Source: Candidatus Saccharimonadota bacterium (lineage in GTDB: Bacteria > Patescibacteriota > Saccharimonadia > Saccharimonadales > Saccharimonadaceae). Taken from it: a stretch of DNA of 32,000 nt. How positions within the stretch are numbered: the stretch's first letter is position 1; each line of letters begins with the position of its first letter. Positions 24,315 through 32,000 of the stretch are shown piece by piece. A model generated the notes under the pieces. That model searched no databases. It was given only the letters and a program-made list of their open reading frames with translations, and had not been told where the DNA came from. Location: the NCBI RefSeq assembly GCF_025273655.1, contig NZ_CP045921.1, positions 540,001-572,000 of the forward strand, given 5' to 3'. A program made the translations under genes and the position numbers.

Positions 24315-24343
24315 AAAAACCACCCTGTGCAGGGTGGTTTTTT
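24315..24343. terminator. bidirectional terminator shared by rpsJ and the 99-aa ORF
   Basis: AAAAACCACCCT-GTGC-AGGGTGGTTTTTT. It lies 16 nt downstream of the rpsJ stop. Confidence 0.7.
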
Positions 24344-24358
24344 GTGATGACCGACTAG

Positions 24359-24673
24359 TTACATGCGAATTTCTGCATCGACACCAGCTGGGAGGCTGAG
24401 GTTTTGCAGGCTATCGATTGTCTTTGGCGACGCGTTGGTAATGTCGATAAGGCGCTTGTGTACACGCATCTCAAATGCTTCACCACCTTTTTTGTAGACG
24501 TGCGGGCTTTTGACGACCGTGAACGTACTACGACGAGTTGGCAAAGGGATGGGACCTGCCACATCAGCGCCGGTACGAACGGCAGTGTCGATAATTTGTT
24601 TTGCTGATTGGTCGATCACTTTGTGATCATACGCCTTGAGGCGAATGCGGATTTTGAGACCTGCGTCTGCCAT
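24359..24673 (-). CDS. rpsJ: 30S ribosomal protein S10 (NusE)
   Basis: Start trimmed to [18 protein letters not shown] (cat at 24671-24673), with AAGGAG 8 nt upstream. IRI.L.A.D....D and the PLPT loop are typical of S10. Confidence 0.92.
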   Translation of the reverse strand: MADAGLKIRIRLKAYDHKVIDQSAKQIIDTAVRTGADVAGPIPLPTRRSTFTVVKSPHVYKKGGEAFEMRVHKRLIDITNASPKTIDSLQNLSLPAGVDAEIRM

Positions 24674-24772
24674 GAGTAAAACTCCTTCTGCTTTCCGTAA
24701 CCTCTGCTCTGAATCGTGTCGGTACCCGCTCACGTCTGGCCGAGTTCTCGGAAAAATTAATAATACCTAGGT

Positions 24773-24801
24773 AGTATATAAGAAAGCGCTGGGTATTGCA
24801 A
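24773..24801 (-). promoter_or_regulatory. candidate rpsJ promoter
   Basis: The minus strand reads TTGCAA (24796-24801), a 17-nt spacer, then TATACT (24773-24778). Confidence 0.5.
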
Positions 24802-24824
24802 GCATTTCACCTCTGGTGTATACT
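24796..24824 (+). promoter_or_regulatory. candidate promoter of the plus-strand cassette, sharing the same -35 hexamer
   Basis: The plus strand reads TTGCAA (24796-24801), a 17-nt spacer, then TATACT (24819-24824). TTGCAA is its own reverse complement. Confidence 0.5.
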
Positions 24825-24908
24825 GCCACAATACTCCAGGTATCCAGAAGACGCCGCCGGAGTCGCCTCGCCGCAGATCGCGCGCGAGTCATAGGACAGG
24901 GAGATGAA

Positions 24909-25238
24909 ATGAACCTGCACGAAGAACTCGTCAATCAGATCGTAGACATCGCAGACAACAACGCGAGCGACCACCTCGAGATCTCAATGCGATATCTTCT
25001 CGAGCGAGTTGCAGATGCAGTTCAGCAGACGACAATATTGCCGGCGCCTCATGAAGAGCGAGCCAGTTTTTTGCAGTCCGTGGCCATCCAGGCCTCGAGT
25101 CGACTAAAACAGCGGACTGTCACTTACGAGGAGCCTGTATCCCAAGAGGGATTTTGGCAGCGAAGCCCGAAGGGCAGGCGTACAATCGTGCCCATACGGC
25201 CATCTCAGCAACGTTTCCATGTCAGGTACGCCGCCTGA
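24909..25238 (+). CDS. hypothetical protein (109 aa; acidic helical N-half, basic C-half)
   Basis: Start trimmed to the ATG at 24909 (GGGAGA 4-5 nt upstream), because the track GTG start at 24816 lies inside the promoter. No known motif recognised. Confidence 0.45.
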   Translation: MNLHEELVNQIVDIADNNASDHLEISMRYLLERVADAVQQTTILPAPHEERASFLQSVAIQASSRLKQRTVTYEEPVSQEGFWQRSPKGRRTIVPIRPSQQRFHVRYAA

Positions 25239-25250
25239 GCACACAACGGA

Positions 25251-25287
25251 GACGAGCCGGGGGACATCGTTGTCCCCTGTCCTCGTC
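25251..25287 (+). other. two-tier GC hairpin in intercistronic gap
   Basis: Outer GACGAG/CTCGTC (25251-25256 with 25282-25287) and inner GGGGACA/TGTCCCC (25260-25266 with 25271-25277), with a TCGT loop. No U-tract follows. Confidence 0.4.
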
Positions 25288-25367
25288 ACCCAAGCTGTCA
25301 ATAGTTTGACGATTTGGGTGACGTATTATTTACATTCCTATCAAGCAAGCGTACACTAGCAGTAACC

Positions 25368-25850
25368 ATGAGTGCCATGCCACTTTCTCACGAGTTTGCC
25401 TCGGCCGACGAGGGCGGCGGCACCGTGCCTCATCACTTGCTGCGAATAGCAGAAAAACATAATGTTTATGAAACCGAGCGCATGCGCATACTTCGCGCGC
25501 AGCTCACACATATAGCCATAGCTGATAGCGAAAAGATGGCCGACCTACGCGTCGAATACCTCGAGGAGCTCAATCGCCCAGAGTTTGACGCACGAAGATA
25601 TGATACACCCGAAAAGTTTTTTATTGCCAGAGGCCATACCGCACTTCGCGCGCTCCTGTTCTATATAGCTCATTTATACAGTGAGTCCTGGCAAGAGCAC
25701 GGGTGGCTTATCGATGATCTCAAGATCGCACAAGATGACCAAGAGTCACTCGCACTTGCCTATACATCACGCTCAGAAATTGAGACCGTCCTCAAACAGC
25801 ACTATGCGACACATCTTCCAGCAAACTCTCAGCTCTATAGCATAGACTGA
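25368..25850 (+). CDS. hypothetical protein (160 aa, helical-looking, soluble)
   Basis: The first ATG is at 25368; the track uses a TTG at 25314. There is no clear SD. No known motif recognised. Confidence 0.45.
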   Translation: MSAMPLSHEFASADEGGGTVPHHLLRIAEKHNVYETERMRILRAQLTHIAIADSEKMADLRVEYLEELNRPEFDARRYDTPEKFFIARGHTALRALLFYIAHLYSESWQEHGWLIDDLKIAQDDQESLALAYTSRSEIETVLKQHYATHLPANSQLYSID

Positions 25851-25908
25851 TATGCAGCGGCCACCATGGACGCTACCGACTCAAAGTCGGTCAACACGAG
25901 GAGGCTAG

Positions 25909-26349
25909 ATGCTCCCGGCACCTACACAAGTTCTCTCGCGCATGGGCGCATTCGACCCCGAGTGGATGAATTTCAGACTCGAAGTAAAACCTTTGGTCAA
26001 TACGAGTGAGCCCATCTACTGCAACAATGAAAGTGCAACTGTTGAACATGTGATACGCAGAACCGTGTGCAATGACGCGCTGACACGAGCCTCCGCCGTG
26101 CTCGCAAACCCCGACACACGTTTTAATGTCGATATCGAGCTCATAGATACCGACAAAGTGCCCGACTTCTCACTCAAGTTGGGACTTCTGACGGACATGC
26201 TTTTCTACAGTAACCTTAGCCAGAGTCTGCAGGTAGAGAAAGGAGGGCTCGGCATACTCGCATTTGAGTCACCCGCCAACATTCGGCGCGGCCGCCCTGC
26301 CATAGTTACGATTGGGCTGAACCACTATCCAGAAGATCAGCTTCCCTAG
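25909..26349 (+). CDS. hypothetical protein (146 aa, soluble)
   Basis: A strong SD, GAGGAGG, lies 4 nt upstream of the ATG. A 7-bp hairpin ACCGACT/AGTCGGT (25875-25891) lies just upstream. No known motif recognised. Confidence 0.55.
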   Translation: MLPAPTQVLSRMGAFDPEWMNFRLEVKPLVNTSEPIYCNNESATVEHVIRRTVCNDALTRASAVLANPDTRFNVDIELIDTDKVPDFSLKLGLLTDMLFYSNLSQSLQVEKGGLGILAFESPANIRRGRPAIVTIGLNHYPEDQLP

Positions 26350-26404
26350 CTAGAAGAGGTTCCGAAGATGCATCGCCTCCTCGGTCACCTTCTCGTTTCA
26401 TAAC

Positions 26405-26432
26405 AAAAACCTCCGAGTTACCGGAGGTTTTT
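26405..26432. terminator. bidirectional terminator shared by tuf and the plus-strand cassette
   Basis: AAAAACCTCCG-AGTTAC-CGGAGGTTTTT. It lies 17 nt downstream of the tuf stop. Confidence 0.7.
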
Positions 26433-26449
26433 GTCGCTACTGCAGTAGA

Positions 26450-27631
26450 CTATTTGTTGATCTTGGTAACGACACCAGCACCAACGGTACGGCCACCTTC
26501 GCGGATAGCGAAGTTAAGACCCTGTTCCATCGCGATTGGAGCGAGAAGTTTGACCTTGAATGTCAGTGTATCGCCAGGCATGACCATTTCTTTGTCCGCT
26601 GGAAGCTCTACTTCACCAGTTACGTCCGTAGTACGGAAGTAGAACTGTGGCTTGTAGCCCTTGCTAAATGGAGTGTGGCGACCGCCCTCTTCCTTCTTCA
26701 AGATGTAGACTTCAGCTTCGAACTCTGTATGTGGAGTGATGCTACCTGGTTTGGCAAGCACCTGACCGCGTTCGATCTGATCGCGCTCGATACCGCGGAG
26801 GAGCAGACCGGCGTTGTCACCAGCCTGACCTTGGTCGAGCTGTTTCTTGAAGGCTTCGATACCAGTCACAACTGATTTCTGAGTGTCTTTCACGCCGACG
26901 ATTTCTACTTCGTCATTGAGTTTGACAACACCCTGCTCGATACGACCGGTAGCAACAGTACCACGACCTTTGATCGAGAAGACGTCTTCGATAGGCATCA
27001 GGAATGGCTTGTCCATGTCACGAGCTGGCTCCGGTACGTAGTCGTCGAGGGCCTTGACAAGCTCCATAACAGCATCTTCGTACTGAGCGTCACCTTCGAG
27101 AGCCTTAGTAGCAGAACCCTTGATGATAGGTGCACTTGCGTCGAAACCGTTCTTTTCGAGCAGTTCTTGGATGTCCATCTCTACGAGTTCGACGAGTTCT
27201 GGATCAGCGATGTCCATCTTGTTGAGGAAGACGACGATCTTTGGCACACCAACCTGCTTTGCGAGCAGTACGTGTTCGCGAGTCTGTGGCAGTGGGCCGT
27301 CAGTTGCAGCAACCACGAGGATTGCGCCGTCAACCTGTGCAGCACCAGTGATCATGTTTTTGACGTAGTCGGCGTGACCAGGCATGTCGACGTGAGCGTA
27401 GTGACGCTTCTCTGACTCGTATTCCTGGTGAGAAGAAGCAATGGTGATACCACGCGCTTTTTCTTCTGGAGCGTTGTCGATCTCGTCATAGTTACGAGGT
27501 TTGTTGACATCGCTAGGAAGGCGCTTTGCAAGCACGTGAGTGATTGCAGCTGTTAGAGTTGTTTTACCGTGGTCGACGTGGCCCATAGTACCGACGTTGA
27601 CGTGTGGTTTGCTACGATCAAAATCTGCCAT
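26450..27631 (-). CDS. tuf: elongation factor Tu
   Basis: 393 aa. [18 protein letters not shown] and NKMD GTPase motifs are present, with full-length EF-Tu architecture. Confidence 0.97.
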   Translation of the reverse strand: MADFDRSKPHVNVGTMGHVDHGKTTLTAAITHVLAKRLPSDVNKPRNYDEIDNAPEEKARGITIASSHQEYESEKRHYAHVDMPGHADYVKNMITGAAQVDGAILVVAATDGPLPQTREHVLLAKQVGVPKIVVFLNKMDIADPELVELVEMDIQELLEKNGFDASAPIIKGSATKALEGDAQYEDAVMELVKALDDYVPEPARDMDKPFLMPIEDVFSIKGRGTVATGRIEQGVVKLNDEVEIVGVKDTQKSVVTGIEAFKKQLDQGQAGDNAGLLLRGIERDQIERGQVLAKPGSITPHTEFEAEVYILKKEEGGRHTPFSKGYKPQFYFRTTDVTGEVELPADKEMVMPGDTLTFKVKLLAPIAMEQGLNFAIREGGRTVGAGVVTKINK

Positions 27632-27707
27632 TGTGGATTTTTCTCCTGATTACTTATATTTTCGCGCGGGCGGTCTAAAGCAAAAGACTCTCACGGCGTA
27701 TAGATTT

Positions 27708-27736
27708 AGTATACAGGTTTTTAAAGAATACGTAAA
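27708..27736 (-). promoter_or_regulatory. candidate tuf promoter
   Basis: The minus strand reads TTTACG (27731-27736), a 17-nt spacer, then TATACT (27708-27713). It lies about 70 nt upstream of the tuf ATG. Confidence 0.45.
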
Positions 27737-27760
27737 GTATGTTCTCTGTAAAAACACGTT

Positions 27761-28297
27761 TTAGCCGTTTTGGCTAGAATCACCCGATTCACTCGACTGG
27801 CTTGTGCCCTGGGTACCTGCGCCTGGGCCACCGCGCATTTGCGGATTCAGTTCAATTGTAGTTGCAGTGTCCGAGCTACTATTCGACGTCTCGACACGTA
27901 CTGTATCACCAGTCTTGATATCACTAATTGCGGCGGCCTCCCCGTTGTTCGTCACTTTAGTATCGCTAGTGATCTTGTACGTCGTCGTGCTACCCTCGGA
28001 GTTACTGTCACTATCACCTTGCCCCATGCGCATCATGCGAGACTCGATAGTGACACTTGAGTCCGACACAGTTGTAACTGTGCCAAAGCCACCACGCATC
28101 ATGCCCGAGCCACCGCGCTGCCCAGACATCGAGTCCATGCCCTGCATGCCCGAGCCATTACTCGCCTTGCCGATCTGCATTCCGGCGAACAAACCAGCTC
28201 CCGCTGAAACCACTATCGCCACGACGATAGCGATATACCATTTTGCCGAACTCTCCTGTCTCGCCACACTTGGCGGTGTTGTCATTTGTTCTGTCAT
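27761..28297 (-). CDS. membrane-anchored or secreted Gly/Met/Ser-rich protein with beta-rich core (possibly DUF5666-like)
   Basis: 178 aa with an N-terminal TM/signal helix (WYIAIVVAIVVSAGAGLFAG). Met/Gly-rich repeats are present (GSGMQGMDSMSGQRGGSGMMRGG; MMRMGQGD; PQMRGGPGAG). The core TVTTVSDSSVTIES...KITSDTKVT..G..A.ISDIKTGDTV.V follows. The family call is from memory only. Confidence 0.5.
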   Translation of the reverse strand: MTEQMTTPPSVARQESSAKWYIAIVVAIVVSAGAGLFAGMQIGKASNGSGMQGMDSMSGQRGGSGMMRGGFGTVTTVSDSSVTIESRMMRMGQGDSDSNSEGSTTTYKITSDTKVTNNGEAAAISDIKTGDTVRVETSNSSSDTATTIELNPQMRGGPGAGTQGTSQSSESGDSSQNG

Positions 28298-28300
28298 AGT

Positions 28301-28342
28301 TTCCTTTCGTTGCTTATACTACCAGCAACTGTACGAAAGGAA
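28301..28342 (-). promoter_or_regulatory. hairpin sequestering the SD of the 27761-28297 gene
   Basis: TTCCTTTC (28301-28308) pairs with GAAAGGAA (28335-28342). An inner GTTGCT/AGCAAC stem forms from 28309-14 and 28324-29. On the mRNA, the 3' arm CGAAAGGAAact immediately precedes the ATG and contains the only SD-like sequence. Confidence 0.35.
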
Positions 28343-28355
28343 TGTTAATGCCTGC

Positions 28356-30053
28356 TTAATCCGCGAGTGATTTGTGGCGAAGCGCTGCTCGGCCGAGCTT
28401 GACCATATGCTTCTCGCGGTAGCGCTCAAAACTCTGCTTACTAATACCATGATTGGATATAAACATACTCATGCGTTCTGAGCCTATGAAGTGGGGTAGC
28501 ATGACATAGCTGACACCCAGTTGATAGAGTTCGGCCGCTTCATTGTACGAGTTAGCATAGCAGACTATAGCCGCTTCAGGATTGCGTTTGAGAATATACT
28601 TACTGAGCGAAACGTTGATAGTATGGTCGCCGATAGTATTTACTACCAGTTTGGCCGCGTCCATCTCAAGCTCCGCCAGTAACTCGGGGTCGGTGGCATC
28701 GCCATAGAGATAGTCCACATTTGCTTTGTGGAGATCTTCGATAACTTCTGGATCGTAGTCCACCACCACAAACTTCTTCTTAAGCTCTCTGAACGTGCGG
28801 AGGTACTGATGGCCACCGTTTTTGAACCCAAAGAGGATAAGCGGATATTCCTTAGCCTCATGGTGTGCATCGACAGCTCCACGGCGCTCAAACATACGCA
28901 ACCGGTGATCGATCTTCTGGTAGATCTTGTTGTCATACTGCATGAGGTACGTGGAGATAGTGATGGTAATCAGTGCCACTAGTGTCACAACCGCGCTCAA
29001 TCGCTCGCCTACCATACCAGTCGATGCCGCCAGTACGATCATGATTATTGAAAACTCACTAATCTGCGATAAATTGATGCCCGTCTTGAAGCTCGTGCGG
29101 CGCGTGTACCCCAGCAAGCCAAGCGAGGTCATGACGACGAGCGGCTTGAGTATTACCACCAACGCCGCGATGATCAGTGCCGGTACGAGTGCAGCACCAA
29201 GATTGGCAAAGTTGAGGTTTTCGCCCAGACTAATAAAGAAGAGAACGACGAAGAAATCTCGCAGCGGCTTGAGCCTCGCACCAATCTGGTGCGCATATGG
29301 CAGATGCGCAAGCGCCACACCGGCGAAGAGTGCGCCGATTTCGATTGAGAAGCCAACCGCACTCACCAGTGATGCTACACCAAAGCCCCATGCCAGTGCA
29401 AAGAGAAATAGCAACTCCTGAGACTTCGCCACCGATTTGACGACACGCGGTAGCACTTTGATCGCCACAAGCGCCAACACGCCGATGACCGCCACACCTT
29501 TGAGCAGCAGCATACCGATCTCAAATGGCCCGAGTACCTCGCCACTACTCGACGTCGCCACAAACAGCAGCGCAAACGTTGCCACTATGTCGTCGAGCAG
29601 GATGACACCGATGGCGATTTGACCGTTGAGTCGCGAGATCTCCTTTTTGTCACTCAACACCTTAGCGATGATGATCGTACTACTAAAGAACATGGCAAGC
29701 CCAAGCAGTATCGCTTCTTGCGTAGTAAAGTGAAATGCCGAACCTACTAGGAAACCGATCGTACCCACCGTTGCTAGAATTGCTGCAGCGGTGAGAAAGA
29801 CTGGCTTACCCAACCTCCGGATCACCGATACACTCAGTTCTAACCCGATGATAAAGAGGAGGAGTGCAATACCCAACTCGCTAAACGTCTCAAACGAATG
29901 CTTGTCTTGTATGAGATGGAGCATACTCGGCCCCACCAAAATACCCGTGAGAATATGCCCGACAATAAGAGGCTGCTTGAGCCGGCGCATGAGCAACGCC
30001 ATAAGCGTCGCGACGACAAGCACTACCGCCAGTTGTGTAAAAACATCCCCCAT
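28356..30053 (-). CDS. CPA2-family monovalent cation:proton antiporter (Kef-type) with C-terminal RCK/TrkA-N domain
   Basis: 565 aa. About 12 hydrophobic helices begin at a typical Na_H_exchanger N-terminus (QPLIVGHILTGILVGPS). A cytoplasmic Rossmann-like segment follows (ILFGFKNGG...VVVDYD). AAGGAG lies 8 nt upstream. Confidence 0.8.
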   Translation of the reverse strand: MGDVFTQLAVVLVVATLMALLMRRLKQPLIVGHILTGILVGPSMLHLIQDKHSFETFSELGIALLLFIIGLELSVSVIRRLGKPVFLTAAAILATVGTIGFLVGSAFHFTTQEAILLGLAMFFSSTIIIAKVLSDKKEISRLNGQIAIGVILLDDIVATFALLFVATSSSGEVLGPFEIGMLLLKGVAVIGVLALVAIKVLPRVVKSVAKSQELLFLFALAWGFGVASLVSAVGFSIEIGALFAGVALAHLPYAHQIGARLKPLRDFFVVLFFISLGENLNFANLGAALVPALIIAALVVILKPLVVMTSLGLLGYTRRTSFKTGINLSQISEFSIIMIVLAASTGMVGERLSAVVTLVALITITISTYLMQYDNKIYQKIDHRLRMFERRGAVDAHHEAKEYPLILFGFKNGGHQYLRTFRELKKKFVVVDYDPEVIEDLHKANVDYLYGDATDPELLAELEMDAAKLVVNTIGDHTINVSLSKYILKRNPEAAIVCYANSYNEAAELYQLGVSYVMLPHFIGSERMSMFISNHGISKQSFERYREKHMVKLGRAALRHKSLAD

Positions 30054-30280
30054 CCGCTAGGCTCCTTTTTGTGTTGAGTGTAGCATTAGAACTATTGTAC
30101 CATATGGCTTAATTATAAGATTCACCGCCTTACTATCTATAGTTCTCTGCGGTGGTTGTTTCGGTACAGGTATACTGGATGAGCACACAGCTGATGCGGC
30201 AACGTTATGAAGTCAGCTACAAACTGTATACTTGTTCGTGCCAGACTAGCATGATGCGCATCCCAGATAGCCATGTCATA

Positions 30281-30318
30281 ACATAAAATAAATACACCAC
30301 CTTTTCAGATGGTGTATT
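30281..30318 (-). terminator. rho-independent terminator after fusA
   Basis: A 9-bp stem AATACACCA/TGGTGTATT (30291-30299 with 30310-30318). On the minus strand it is followed by TATTTTATGT. It lies 17 nt downstream of the fusA stop. Confidence 0.6.
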
Positions 30319-30335
30319 CCATGTTGATCAAAAGG

Positions 30336-32000
30336 CTACTTGCTGCGCTTTTCGATGATCTCCTGCGCGACGTTTGGCGGTACTTCTTCGTACTGCGCCA
30401 GCTCCATAGTCGAAGCGGCACGACCTTGGCTCATCGAGCGCAGGTCACCGGTGTAGCCAAACATGCTCATGAGTGGCACAAACGCCTTGATAAGCTTGGC
30501 GCCACCTTGTAGATCTTCCATGGCGTCGATACGGCCACGGCGGCTGTTGAGGTCACCGATCACGTCGCCCATGAAGTCTTCTGGAGTCGTCACTTCGACT
30601 TTCATGACAGGCTCGAGCAGCACTGGCGTTGCTTTCTTGATACCTTCGCGGGTCGAGAGGCTACCGGCAAGTTTGAAGGCCAGCTCGCTCGAGTCGACAT
30701 CGTGGTAACTACCATCGTAGAGCGTTGCTTTGACATCTACTACTGGGTAGCCAGCAATAACACCGCCTTCGAGGGTCTCTTTGACGCCCTGTTCGACAGG
30801 CTTGCGGTACTCAGCTGGTACGACACCACCCTTGATTTCGTCGAAGAACTCAAAGCCTTTGCCGGGTTCGTTTGGTTCGAAACGGATCCAGACATCACCG
30901 TACTGACCGCGTCCCCCAGATTGCTTGGCATGCTTACCTTGTGCTTCGGCAGTACCCTTGATCGATTCGCGGAATGCCACCTGCGGCGCACCGATGTTCG
31001 CCTCCACGTTGAATTCGCGTTTCATACGATCGATGAGGATGTCCAGGTGCAGCTCACCCATACCAGACATAATCGTTTGACCAGTCTCTTCGTCGGTGTG
31101 CACACGGAAAGTTGGGTCTTCTTCGGCTAGACGTTGCAGAGCGATACCCATCTTCTCTTGGTCGGCCTTGGTCTTTGGCTCGACGGCGATGGCAACTGGT
31201 GGCTCTGGGAATGTGATGCTTTCGAGAGCGATAGGATGCGCCAAGTCAGACAGTGTATGACCAGTAAACGTACTCTTGAGACCCACTACAGCTGCGATGT
31301 CGCCAGCTACAATCTGGTCAATTTCTTCGCGCTTGTCGGCGTGCATACGCACGATACGACCGACGCGTTCTTTTTCGCCGGTAGCCGTGTTAAGCACGTA
31401 GCTACCCGATTTGAGTACACCAGAGTAGACGCGTACGAAGATGAGCTTACCGACAAATGGGTCAGTCGCGATCTTGAACGCCAAGCCAGCCATAGGCTCT
31501 TTGTCGTCTGGCTTGCGGCTAATCTCGTTGCCAGTCTTAGGGTCAACACCCCAGATCTCGTCGACATCGAGTGGACTTGGCAGATAATCAGCCATGATAT
31601 CGAGCAGTTTCTCCACGATCACACCGCGACCGTCACCACCACTTACTAGGAAGAAGTCGCCAGCCAATACACGCTTACGCAGTGCTGCTTTGAGTTCTGG
31701 CTCAGTGATCGAATCTTCACCCTTGTCGAGGAAGCGCTCGAACAGTTCGTCGTCGGCTTCGACGGCCGCTTCGACGAGCAGGCTGCGTGCGTGCTTCGCC
31801 TTCTCAAGCATATCTGCTGGTATTTCACCCTGGATAAGCTCGTGGTCAGCGTAGTCATTGTATGTGTAGGCTTTCATGTCGACGAGATCGACCACACCGT
31901 TGATCTCTTTCTCAAACCCGATAGGCAGGTGCACTGGCAACGCGTGCTTGCTCAGGCGATTGTGGATTGTCTCGAGGCTCTTGTAGAAATCGCCACCAGT
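30336..32000 (-). CDS. fusA: elongation factor G (partial; N-terminal GTPase domain beyond window end)
   Basis: The frame stays open to nt 32000. Own translation upstream of the track start reads TGGDFYKSLETIHNRLSKHA-LPVHLPIG. The track start at 31940 is an internal TTG. EF-G domains II-V are recognisable. Confidence 0.95.
   Translation of the reverse strand, partial: TGGDFYKSLETIHNRLSKHALPVHLPIGFEKEINGVVDLVDMKAYTYNDYADHELIQGEIPADMLEKAKHARSLLVEAAVEADDELFERFLDKGEDSITEPELKAALRKRVLAGDFFLVSGGDGRGVIVEKLLDIMADYLPSPLDVDEIWGVDPKTGNEISRKPDDKEPMAGLAFKIATDPFVGKLIFVRVYSGVLKSGSYVLNTATGEKERVGRIVRMHADKREEIDQIVAGDIAAVVGLKSTFTGHTLSDLAHPIALESITFPEPPVAIAVEPKTKADQEKMGIALQRLAEEDPTFRVHTDEETGQTIMSGMGELHLDILIDRMKREFNVEANIGAPQVAFRESIKGTAEAQGKHAKQSGGRGQYGDVWIRFEPNEPGKGFEFFDEIKGGVVPAEYRKPVEQGVKETLEGGVIAGYPVVDVKATLYDGSYHDVDSSELAFKLAGSLSTREGIKKATPVLLEPVMKVEVTTPEDFMGDVIGDLNSRRGRIDAMEDLQGGAKLIKAFVPLMSMFGYTGDLRSMSQGRAASTMELAQYEEVPPNVAQEIIEKRSK

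Noticed and set aside
31938-31940. The ORF-track start of the fusA ORF at 31940.
   Set aside because: The codon is an internal TTG (Leu). The frame remains open to the window edge and continues to read as EF-G (..GGDFYKSLETIHNRLSKHA). The gene is therefore truncated by the window, not by a start codon.
1-32000. A scan for tRNA, rRNA, CRISPR repeats, IS or transposase, integrase and att-like flanking direct repeats around the inserted islands.
   Set aside because: None were found by eye. The only GGTTCGA-type T-loop match is the rejected terminator arm. The terminator hairpins at the island borders have different sequences, so they are not a repeat family. A computational repeat search would be needed to exclude short att sites.

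Overview
The window is almost entirely minus-strand translation genes. It holds a near-complete str/S10/spc/alpha ribosomal superoperon: fusA (5' end outside the window), tuf, rpsJ, rplC through rpsH, rplF through rplO, secY, infA through rplQ, and rplM-rpsI. This is followed by an alpha/beta hydrolase, trpS, an RluA-family pseudouridine synthase, a holB-like clamp-loader subunit and a partial TPR gene. No tRNA, rRNA, CRISPR array or IS element was seen. L30 is absent (rpsE and rplO overlap by 1 nt), adk and map are missing, L36 and S14 are Cys-less, genes are tightly packed, and UGA is used as a stop. Together these suggest, by inference only, a small-genome Patescibacteria/CPR (Saccharibacteria-like) organism. 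The unusual aspect is that the normally contiguous superoperon is broken at six junctions by non-ribosomal inserts, most with their own near-consensus promoters and hairpin terminators. The best candidates for new biology are two. (1) A three-gene plus-strand cassette of unrecognisable proteins lies between tuf and rpsJ. It is driven from a mirror-symmetric divergent promoter that shares one palindromic -35 hexamer with rpsJ. (2) A 3.7 kb island lies between rpsJ and rplC. It contains a small-ORF/structured-RNA unit, a Cys-rich 81-aa ORF with hexad Cys spacing, and a membrane-anchored beta-lactamase-fold protein. All family calls come from motifs read by eye; no database search was run.
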